Assembly (NCBI GenBank): GCA_963920595.1
Contig: OY986950.1
Coordinates: 3,534,001-3,598,000, forward strand
Direction: 5' to 3'
DNA: 64,000 nt
Source of the DNA: Eimeria praecox
Taxonomy: Eukaryota
Part shown: one piece after another, positions 52,846-64,000 of the stretch
How positions within the stretch are numbered: the stretch's first letter is position 1
How the letters are laid out: each line of letters starts with the position of its first letter
Translations under genes and position numbers: made by a program
Notes under the pieces: generated by a model
What the model saw: the letters and a program-made list of their open reading frames with translations, nothing else
Told to the model about the DNA's origin: nothing
Databases searched by the model: none

Positions 52846-55800
52846 GGTAACAGCACAGTTTCAAGCTTAATAGTTGGAAGTACATTGGGACTTGGCAGGC
52901 AAGTAATGCTTGCTATCAGTTATTCAGAAGCTGTCCTTCATATGGCTATAGGAGCATCAGTTTCATGCGGAAACATCCCTTATCATTTACCAGTTTTGTA
53001 TTAAACCGACGTTTTTTCTCCTCGGAGCTCAATGCAGTTGTATATGGATAAAGACAAAAGAGACACATGTGCAATAGCTGAATGCAGAATGCATGTCTCT
53101 ACATATCATGAGGCATAGGTTGCATGAGGGTTACGGCGGGCATTATTGCTCATCGTACCGCATTGCTTTTGTGTGCTAATTATTGACGGGAAATGCATCT
53201 TGTTCCGGTTTCTATTGAGTCTACTTGAGCCTGAGTTGACTATCAAGAAGCTCAGCACATTATATTGCGCAGAGAAAGAAGAATTCAACCATCCATTGAT
53301 AGATACACGGGAGGATACTGTGACTCTTTTCTAGTTTAGGCTGCAGCTATGATTTCATTGTGAAAGCTGTTGTGTTTTCATTGCAAAGCTTTCACTTCTG
53401 CTCGACCTGTTCTGATGGGCGTGCATATTAGAATATTATTAAACTTTGTTATTAAACATTGTTATTGAACAGGATAGAATTTGGGATGCAATATTTGATG
53501 GTCAGCAAAATAGGATTGCTATATGAATTGCTTGCCAAAATTGTAGAACACCCTGCCAGGGAAAATACAACTGAAATAGACGCAAGCTTAGGGATTTGTA
53601 GTTTATAGGCAAGCCTCCCACGTAGTAACTCCCGAAGTTGGGAACTGGGACTTTGTGTTACTGTAGCGCCTGACGAGTTGGATTTTAGAAGTCATGTCTA
53701 ACTCGTGGAAAGACACTTTGTGTTGTGTTCCATCAAACTTGCTAGTAGCGCAAACGAGAGGATAACCTTGTGGCACATAAAGCGATGGGCAATCGCATCA
53801 CCAGAAGCAGGCAGCCTTCCCTATCCTTATGCTTATACATGCCAAACCTGATGTCATCGCTATAGTGATTTTCGCATACCATGATAATTGTTGGTGATAT
53901 AACCGCGGGTTTGCCGGATCTTTTTACTGCTGGGGTAGCCGCGTGCAACGATTAGCCTAAACAACTACAGGAAGAAGGAATGCCTAGAATGAAAATAATT
54001 GCATTCGTTCACACCATGTTGGCTTCGGTTCCGGAAGCTTCCATAAAGGGAGGGAAATATCAGGCGGAAGATAGAACATATTGATGCATATCCGGTGCAT
54101 GAGGCATGCATGCTAAACTAAAAGAAAGAACAAACACAGGATCCGCTGAAACAGCTGTCGCAGAGCCACCGCCTTCATGTGCAAAATTTGGACAACGAAA
54201 GGTGGCGCTAATCCAGCCGAAGCAAATCCTGAAGCTGTTAAGAAGCAAGAAACAATGGCATCTTCAAAAACACAAATAAGTTTTTTACTTTTATACTCGT
54301 TTCTACCCCAACTCATGTATGACGTGTTCCTTCATTGCTGGCTGGTACTCGTCAGACACGTGCCGAGGCAGGCCATGTGCGCTGTCCTTGCTGTTTAGGT
54401 GAAGCGGAAAGGAACGGTATGTTCTATCGGTACGCTAAGCGTTGGTTTTGTTCTTTGCACCTAGAGTTGCGCTTACGCGGTAATCCAAACTGCAGGTGCT
54501 GTTGCTTGTGCATAGCCTCCAATTAGTGCAGTAGCACGTGCGTTTGGGGCATTATGCAGCTAGTGCAATAAGAGATGAGCTTCTGTTATTATCCGGTTTC
54601 ATTTACCTACCATCACCATTGTCATGTGCTGCTGATAAATCTGCATTCTTCTCCCTTCGCAGCACTGTAGATAGGCCATCAGTTTACTTCATTCTGAACT
54701 GTGAACCTTGATGTTATTCAATCCTACCAATATGCCTTCATTCGGCGTAATAAAACACCTTATTATATCGAAGAGTCGCGTTCCATCAGCGACAACATTT
54801 TGTTTCTGATGGAAGCCAAGTCTTCCTTACAGTATCGTGATGGTTGCAGAAGAACAGCTCATGAGTACTGCACCTTCAGCATGCTTCTCCTTAGAGTAAT
54901 ATCACTTTCAGCTACTCCTGCTGCAGAGCGCAACAACTTTCGCAACTTACTTTCAGGCCACAGGATGACTCATTAGCCCTTCTTGGTGCCAACACCACCT
55001 CTCTAAGTGGCACTATCGTAGAGTTGCCATCAGTCTCCCGCCCCCTACGTAGTAATGTGTTGTGAAAATATACCCTTACAGCCGATTGGTATGCTTCCAT
55101 GCCTAATTTTATTCCGTTCCTACTTATACTAACAAGCGGCGTTTGCCTTGCAATGACGAGTCGTCTTGTTGCGCGTCTGCGTTAGTACATGGATGCCGCC
55201 TAGCCACAAGCGATGTAACTACATACGATTCTAGAAGAAGCAGCTTCAAACAGAATGCATTATCTAACAACGTATTCACATGATTCCCACGGTTCACCCT
55301 ATTCGCAGTCAGTACTGCCATCCCTGTCTACCTACTCCGTTGGCTCATGCTGTATCAAGATGGGTATCAGCGATAAACAATGGCGCACAAAAGCATGAAC
55401 GCCCTCCAGCGCTCGCCATCTGGCGTCGTCAATGCACTCAGGCTGCCGCAAGACAGAGCTAATCTAGTAAGGCTGCTTGAATACCCCAGGGCGGCAGCGT
55501 ATTTGTAGGCAAAGACAGCTCTAAGCAAGGTTTATGGAAAAAAGCGGGGGAAACAAACGTTTGTGCTGCTGTGTTGAAGCTGCGTTTTAATACCGTAAGC
55601 AAACAGGAGGTGAAGGCAGCTACGGCTGCTCTGCTGGACACTGAAGCGCTTTCTGGTCCGGCAGCGCTTTGAATAGAATCATAGGCAACAACAACAATCA
55701 TCAGCATGCAGTATGCATAGCGGTTCAGCAGGTGCATGGATTTCCCAAGCGGGTTTTGCCAAGTGTCATTTCCCAAAGTAAAGCGAAGTTGAACTGGTCT

Positions 55801-58627
55801 TTGCAATCTTCTTGCTGCATCAAAGCATCATTCGGGATATAAGCACCCACTGCGCATTGAATCATCTAGACCTGCATGATTTAGCATGCATCGGACCAAA
55901 ACTGGTGCGCGATGGTGTCAGTTCCAGCTCCCCTTATCCACAAGAGGAAAAGGGCTCCAAGGAATACCTGGTATTCGCACTCTTTCGAACCAGTCAAACG
56001 TATGCCGCGTCAGCATGCCTTTGTGCAAAATCCTAATGCACAACTAACCTGTCCAACGGCACCTCATACAATTTAATCGCCCACCGCTCAGCTTGCCTGT
56101 TCCTGTCACGGGAAAACACAATAAAACAGCCGCCAATACCACACAGCTTCGTTTCATATTATCTACACGCACCTTCTGTCAAAGAGAACGGACTACGGCC
56201 GCGGTCTGTCATAATTGGCAGTTGCTCCGTTCTGCCCTTCCATCTAGCACATTTTGAAAGCAAAAGGAGATAGTGGAAGCTTAGCTTTAAGCATTCCGTC
56301 ACTCGTCCCAACACCTGCAGCGGGAGCGAACGAACAAAGGTGGCGGCAGTAATAGCAAAGTAATGCTGATTTCTTTGAGCGTAAAGCCCTTTTGTTTGCA
56401 CGTCAGTGACAAGAGCAGGAGGCACAGTAGCTACTGCTTCACCAAGGGGGCTGCTGTTCTGTAGGGATCAGCAGCTGACCCAATATATTCCAGGATACTA
56501 GAGCTCTGGAGATTATGGAGCAAATGGTGTCAACGGGCGGCCCCTACTCGGTGTCCGCACCTGTTGTTATTCCTGCTGCACCTGGCACCGGTGGTGTTGC
56601 TGCAGCCGCTACTGCAGCTGCTGTCACTGGTGGACTTGCCTTAACGATTGCACCCGTTATTTGATTGCTTGTATCCCCTGTGCACATCTCTAGATTGTAC
56701 AGGCAAAACCTTTTGGCTACTTGCAGGGGGTTTAGGCTACTCTCTCAAAGATGTCAACGGAAACACCTCACGCCGTAACTGCATTGCTGCGGCCTCTCAT
56801 CTACCATAGCAATAACAGTAAAACAAGACAAAACCGTAATATGTTGTGTGTGGAGCTACCGGTCGCTGGCTGCCTGCTACTTCCGCAACTCGCAACGACT
56901 GCTACTCTTGCTGCGAACTGCTACTACTGCTGAGAGTAGCAACAATAATATAGGCATGAAGAACAGCAGCAGGAAGAGCAACAGCGGCAGCAGCACCACC
57001 GGATTTTCCGTACTGCGGGAAGGGAACTAAGATGGGGGCATCAATTCGTTCCCACCCCCCAATTTGAGCCCTTTTCAAGACTATTTCAGCGATACCTGCA
57101 ACAATAGCTGCAACTTAGAGGAAACGCGCGGCAAGAGAGGAAATGGCAACAGAAGCATCTATTTTGTGAGTCTCTTTAGACAGGCCGGAAAAGTAGCGCA
57201 TATCCTGGCAGCGTTGTGAGCTCGAAAGAATGTGAATGGACCCACTGAGGCAACCGGTGCACCAGCACAGTATCAGCGCCACCAGCAGCACGCAGTACAG
57301 AGGGGGAACGGAAACCACTCGAGCAGCAGCAGCCGCCATACCAACAGCAGCAGCGCCCGCAGCGGCCGCAACAGCCACAACAGGAACACCAGCATACCGG
57401 TGGTCCTGCTGCCACACCGGCAGCACGCAAACAACAGGCGCTTTACTTCTCACATGCGCCCACACGTGTTGACTTTTTCATGCTCTGACACTCCACAGCA
57501 ACGACGAAAGCAACGACAAAAGCGGAAGCAGCAAGAGTAAAGAAGAACTGAGGCGTATTACGTCGTGTGTGGCAAAAACACCGTTAGCCGGCTGCTAGAC
57601 CCGCAGCCCGTCCCTGCTGCTAGACCCGCAGCCCGCACCTGCTGCTGCTCTTGCTGCAAACTGGTACTACTGCTGAGAGCAGGAACAGGAATATAATGCT
57701 GTTCTGAAACCTAAAGAACGGCAGCAGCAACAGCAGCATCGGCTGCAGCGGCCACCGAATGAGGGGGGCACTATACCGTCCCCACGCGGTAGTTCTGCTG
57801 TGAAAGTCCATATATTAAGGCTATTGACACAGTTGCATGAGTAAATATAATTTGTTCCTTCTCGTGCTAACACAGGAGAGTTTACCATATATGGCAGTGT
57901 GTCAGGGAAATTAATTAAATGAGACATATAAGCATATCAACTGGACGCGAGTTTATTAGCTCGGCTACTTCATCTAGAAGGGTTTAAAAGCAAGCAATGT
58001 TAGTAGAAGCTTAAAACTTAGCACGTCTTCACTTTTCGCAGCATCAACAACAAAAGCATATCGGTAAGGACAGCGGCAGCAACGTTAAGCAATTTGTACG
58101 TATTGGCCCCCTCCCTCACTATCCTGCCTGCTGGCGCCGGTCTTTTTGCTGTTTGTGTTTCGGCAGCAGCAGAGAGACTGGCTGTCTGTATAGGCAATGC
58201 TTCGAAGGACCTCAGCGGAGACAATTTAGGCCGTTGCTGCGGGGGTCAGCTCTATCCTCTAGCATTATGGGCAAGCGTTGCCCCGTTTTGCCATCACCTG
58301 CTACAGCAATAAAGGCAACAATAATGGCATTACCGAGAGTAGAAGAGGAAGCAACAGCAACAGCCACAGCAGAAAAATCTACAATAGCGGCATTAGCAAC
58401 CACAGCAATGGCAGCAGCAGCTCTAGCAGCAGGAGAAGCTACCATGGAGAAGCTGGTCATGCGTTGTGTGTATGCATGCCAGTTGATGAGTTTCGGGATG
58501 GCATTCGTAAGGTCGTTAAAAAGCTTTAGCTATTGGCCTCCCGAGTTTGTGTTATGTGCGCTGATGAGGTTTGGTATGGCATTGTATTACGGTCGTCAAA
58601 AGACTGGTCATGATGGTGTATGCGTGC

Positions 58628-58696
<69 letters not shown>

Positions 58697-59313
58697 ATGT
58701 ATGCAAGATGAATTTTTGGATGAATTTTTGGATGGCATTCTTCAGGTCGTCAAAAGACTGGTCATGATGCGTTTGTGTGTATGCAAGCTGATGGGTTTTG
58801 GGATGGCATACTTAATGCCGTCCCAAGGGTAGTCACATTGTATCTCTGCACGAGATTGGATGGGTGCGTGAGTCTTTACATAATTTAGATGAGGCATGGA
58901 GAGAGGCTAGTTGCCCGTTGGATTCAGTCCGCCTGGGCCGAAATCGTTAAATCCCAGCAAGCTCCAGACTGCACGATTGTTTGGGGGGCTTGAAGCTTGC
59001 TTGGTTCCTAGTACTTTATAAACTGGCAACCCGAGTTTATGTTATGCGCGCTGATGAGTTTTGGCATGGCATTCTATTACGGTCGTCAAACGACTGGTCA
59101 TGATGGTGTGGCTGTGTGGGATGGTGTGATGGGCATTGTGTGTTGTCCGTTTTACTGAGATGATATGAATACTTGCATTGCATTCTTAAGGTCTTCAAAA
59201 GGCACGCCATGAGGATGGTGTGATGAGTGTTGCGTGTTGTCCGTTTTACTGAGATGATATGAATATTTGTATAGAGCATTCTTAAGGTCTTCAAAAGGCA
59301 CGTCATGAGGATG

Positions 59314-62300
59314 GTGTATGAGCTTGTGAGGAATAGATCCAAAGGCGTTCTTCAAGTCGTAGTAGGTCATGTACAGTGGCCTCTTGCTCCTGCGGGTAGA
59401 GTGGAGAATACTTTGAGCAAGAAAGAGATGCTCATGGCATCCGTTCACTGGCATAAACCCTTTCTGCGACTTGGAGGCGACGCCCGACTGTATTGCCCAG
59501 TCGGTAATCCTGTTGGCCCACAGCGCTGCGTAAAGTTTGTATATGCAGTCCTGTAGATTGATGGGTCGCCAATTTTTAACGCTAGATGGGTCTCCTCCCT
59601 TCGGAATCAAGACTGTCACACTTTCCTTCCACTTCGCTGGTACTCTACGATGCCGGGAAGAGGCGTTGTAGATCGCAGTCATAGCTGGAACAAGCACATC
59701 TTCAAACCGCTTGTACACAAAGAACCCTTTCCCATCTGGCCCTGCTGCAGACATAAGGTGGCTCTTTAGCAGCTGAGCACGCACATCCTCTTCTGAAAAG
59801 GAACGAGCAATCCCTTTAGCTCCTTCTGGAGCCGCAGCTAATGGGTTGAGGAACTCGTGAGCAACATGAGAGGTGGTGTTAATACATTGCTCTGAGTGCT
59901 GAATTTTAAAATAAGCTTCCAACTCACTGAGTTGGATAGGGCAGTCTCGTCTTCGTTGTTGATCTTCGTCGGCGAGTATTTGCTCCACGCACTTCTTCCT
60001 GTCTGTTGTATAGGGTGTTTGGAGATTCTGTGCCGACTCCTCTTTAAGGACGTTAATGAGGCGGCGACGCGGTGTTCGTAGATTCCTTTCCAGAGCCCGC
60101 TTCCTTAGTTTATCATCAAGCGGATCTGGGCTTTGTTGACGTCCCTGCTGTGCCTTCTCTTCTTCACGAAGAGCAAGCAACGCCTTCTTGACGTTGTCTT
60201 GAGCTTGCGCCAGTCGTGGGGGAACGCGTGCCTTTCGTGGTTCCTGTTGTATGCTGTTTGATGATGGTGGCTTCCTCGAGCTCTGCTGGTTTGCTGCTGT
60301 TGGCTTTTTATTAGCAAACCACACTGCGTCATATAATGCTGCTATGAAGCCCTCAATTGCGGTCTCCACTTTTTCCCATGTGCCAGTTGAGACGTTGGCT
60401 GTCGTAGCTTTCGCAGGATCTTCCAATGTGTTCTTTAGTCTCGCATAAGCATCTGTGGGGAGTCGTGGGATGCGTAGTGGTCGGTTGCGTGTGATCGGCT
60501 GATTCCGGTGTCCACAAGCTGCATTCGGCTGTGTGTGTGTCAGCTGCGCCTCTGGAGTGGCTTCTGCTGGCTGCTGCTGAGTTTGTCTTGTTGCCGGAGC
60601 TGGCCTGGCGTTGAGCATCTCATGTAGAGATGTTACTGCTTGTGAGGGGTGTTCAGCCCATGGAGGACCCTCAGAGTAATCTGGGGCTCTATGTCGTTTT
60701 TTCGTGTTCATCGGGGAAGTGGAGTGGCCCCTCCGGTCACCCTGATGTCCTTCCGCTCCCTCTCTGCGCTGTCCTCGGTTCCTTTTTGTGGCTTTGGGAT
60801 CCGATGGGGTGGGTATGTTTTGTTCTTTGTTGATTAGTGATGCCTTTAACAGGGCGCAGCGGTTAGTTACGCCCCGCCGGAGGTGGTTTGCCAATCCACG
60901 TTTGCTGCGGAAGTCCACATTGCAACTGGGGCAAAGGAACTGTTGAGGTTCCTGCCCTCCTGCTTCCGTTGTGCTACTGTTAGAGGGCAGGTCTGTTGCT
61001 ATAGCAGCTGTGGATTGTGCACCAAAGACAAACAATCCGCTGGATGCTGTGCCTTCTGTGTGGTTGGGAGCTGAGGAAGGCGGTGATGGTCTAGTTTCAT
61101 TGCAGCTGCAGGCGGCTGCTTTACGCCTTGCTACAATTTGAAGTATCACGTCCCTTAGCGGCACGCGGCTGGGCCCCTTCCGGACCCCCTGCAGCTGGTT
61201 TGAGTGTAGTTGTGCTGCTTCTACACTCGGAGCCAAGCGTTGATGACCTGGAAGGCTGCTGGTTTGGTCATCTGCACCCGAAGAGCCCTCCTCTCCTGAT
61301 GCCTGTTGGGTCATGATCGACGACCGCCCGGTTGTGGGGCCCTCATGAAGGAGGGCGCCGATCTCCCTCTCATCTGCCCGCTCTTCCGGGCCTTCTTCAT
61401 CGTCACTTGAAGTGTCGGAGGTTGCGTTGTGGAAGTCAGACGCATCTTCGACGTCGAGATCTATAGCCGTCGGCTCAGGGGCGACGGGCCGCTGCTGCTC
61501 CGCTGCAGCGGCATGGCGCAGAGCAAGATCTACGTCATTTTGTCTCGTTTCACTTCTCATCGTGTGTCATTGTGTTTCAGAGGTGAAACAGCATTGTTTT
61601 CTACCTCTTTTCCTTTTCTACAAATCTTTTTCGAATATCATTTAAAGCACTAAATTATACAATATGGAAGAAAGAGGATTTACAGCCGATTTGCACCGGC
61701 CGCAGGCACCGCCACTGACGTGTGAACCCAGTCGGCAAATTCCGCGCAACAAAAGAGAGCGGAAAATTGCCTTCTGAGGGTTCTAGATGACTATAGATGA
61801 TAAAATATCAAGAGAAGTGCGCGAACCCATGCCCCAGAGGTGTAGAGAACTGGTGCACCGACGGTTTCGCCTGTGCCACCACCCCCTCTTGGATCCATGC
61901 GCACTTTTTCGTCTTCCTAGAAGACTCCTGCCGAGGAAGACATCTCTGCTTCACTGTTAGGGCTGCGCTCCCGAAAGGGAGAACGTTGCCCACGTGGCGA
62001 ACCTCCATGGCGAGTGAAAGATCGCGGGGGAGTCTGGTTGCAGATTCACCGCAAAAAATCCAACGTCGGCCGATCTAGCCGAGGCGTTGATGTCTTCGTA
62101 TTGAGACGAAGACGCACACCATGGCATGTGTTAATGCCAGGGTGTCCAGAAGGGCAGATTCGGTTAGCCCTATAACGGCGAAAGTATCCAGGAGGCCATC
62201 TGCTAGCGTTAACAAGCCTTGCTTGCCCACTACTTGGTTCAAGGCCTGTGACCCATCCGCTCCGGGGCAGGAAGTCGAGAATTTGGGCCGCGTTGTCTCA

Positions 62301-62868
62301 AAGAGGTCCAATCCTTGCTGGAGCCTCATGGTAGGAAGTAGTTCGGGGGCTGCTGTTTGGCGCAATTGCCAAACTTGCGGGTGCTCTCATCAACAAGGCT
62401 TTAAGCATATCCAGCCCGATACAATATTCAGGCTGTGCCTTGGGAGCTTCTAGAGCTTCCTTTAACACACCAATTGGGGTGTTACCCCTCCGCGTTGAGG
62501 TGCATGGTGTTGCAACGGACCTGAGCCCCCTTTCGAGGTCTTCCCCCCTCCTAGGCAAAATAGTTTGAACAGCCTTACAAAATAAGTAATGGTCGCTCCT
62601 GAATTCAGGGAAAGACCCATGATAGGCAAAGTGATCTGCTTGGGGCTGGGGGGGAGCTAGCCTGTGTCGGCGCACCCTGTGCCGCACCCTTCAGTGTCGC
62701 ACCTTGGTTCGCACCTTGGTGCGAAAAGTTGTGGGGACGCTATTCGTTCTCTTTATCGTTTTCTTTAGTGTGTTACGCCGTACTGCTCGATAGACTATGA
62801 AAAAACGCGCACGCACCATTGTTCTGGGGAGTGCATTATATAGTGCCCTTGAAGCGGAGTCGCCTGCG
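59314..62868 (-). mobile_element. Second copy of the truncated subfamily B element (in unit 2)
   Basis: ORF 59152-61560 is nearly identical to 30728-33136 and has the same junctions. Confidence 0.93.
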
Positions 62869-62873
62869 TTAAA

Positions 62874-62904
<31 letters not shown>

Positions 62905-62949
62905 TGCGCATGAATGCATTAACGAGATTCCAATAGGGAATGTGAGCTT

Positions 62950-62989
<40 letters not shown>

Positions 62990-63369
62990 ATAAATTTGAT
63001 ACTGCGACAGTAATCCAACTTAGTACGAGAGGAACAGTTGGTTCAGATACTTGGTTAATGCGGCTAGCTGAAAAGCTAGTGCCGCGACGCTACCATCTGT
63101 TGGATTATGACTGAACGCCTCTAAGTCAGAATCCATGCTGGCTAAGCAGTGTTTCTCACCGCCTCTTTTGCTACTTGCATGTCACTTTAATGCCTCAGGC
63201 ACAACATCTCACCAAATCCCTCTGTGAAACGCGCTGGGCGATAATCGCAATTTCCCGCAATTGGGGCGTTACATCCATTGTAGACGACTTTGGCTCAACC
63301 AGGTATTGTAAGTGCGAGAGTAAGGTTGTCCTACGATCCACTAAGATTCAGCCTGCTTTGTACGATGTG
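62869..63369 (+). pseudogene. Inverted, internally deleted 28S 3' fragment (unit 2)
   Basis: Same sequence and deletion junction as 34445-34945. Confidence 0.92.
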
Positions 63370-63862
63370 TTTTTTCCTCATCACATTTAGGCCTGCTGGG
63401 ATGCAATCCACTTCGCCATGACCAGCTGCGGCTTTGCCGCATGCCGAGCTGGACTCTCCATGCCTCATTCAAACCATGTGAATTCAAAACATCCAACCTA
63501 TCCCTGCCGCCCATACATACAACCCATCATGACCAATCTTTTGACAACCTTAAGAATGCCATTGAAGCATTGATCATCCTAGGAAAACCAACGCACACGC
63601 ATATCGCACCATGACTAATCTCTTGACGACCTTAAGAATGCAATCCAAACGCCCACTAGTTTAGATGCATCATACACGCATCGCATTATAGTTATATAAG
63701 TGATACAACATTAATTAGTCCTACTGAAAGACTAGTTAGTACTGCCATCCAAAAATTAATCACCAGCTTATATGCATCATACACCCATCGCATTATGACC
63801 AGGCTTTTGACGACCTTAAGAATGCCATCGCAAAACTCTTCAGCTTTCACCTTGCATGCATC

Positions 63863-63917
<55 letters not shown>

Positions 63918-64000
63918 CATACACCCAATCATGGCCAGTCTTTTGACGACCGTAAACAAGCCATACCAAAACTCATCAGCGCACGTAGCACAAGCTCAGC

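Larger units (their letters stand above)
52845..64000. repeat. Tandem repeat unit 2 (partial; corresponds to about 24415-35562)
   Basis: Near-identical to unit 1, with scattered SNPs and microsatellite length differences. Confidence 0.93.

Overview
This is eukaryotic DNA from a coccidian parasite (Eimeriidae, Eimeria/Cyclospora/Isospora-like). The evidence is the 18S/5.8S signatures, (CAG)n tracts, interstitial AAACCCT telomere repeats and TGCATGCA octamers. Positions 1-24.4 kb are single-copy, intron-rich genes: a partial UPF1-like helicase, a thioredoxin, a hypothetical protein, a Ser/Thr kinase, a HYLS1-like protein, RPS21 and a small secreted protein. At about 24,415 the chromosome enters a tandem array with a ~28.4 kb unit (24,415-52,845, repeated from 52,845 to the window end). 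The unit carries a minus-strand 18S-5.8S-28S cistron. The main result is a site-specific non-LTR retrotransposon (39,024-44,845) that interrupts the 28S gene. It encodes a zinc finger, an RT, a CCHC knuckle and a PD..D restriction-like endonuclease, with NeSL/Utopia/R5-like motifs. It is inserted antisense to the rRNA, about 8 nt upstream of the canonical R2 nick. A second, diverged subfamily shows the same 3' junction. The interrupted 28S also lacks about 600 nt of the peptidyl-transferase domain and forms part of a ~7 kb palindrome. Just downstream of the 28S is a satellite whose core is a degenerate copy of the element's own 28S target site (best unit 23/27 nt identical), a possible decoy or target-mimic array. 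All calls come from reading the sequence by eye; no database searches were run.
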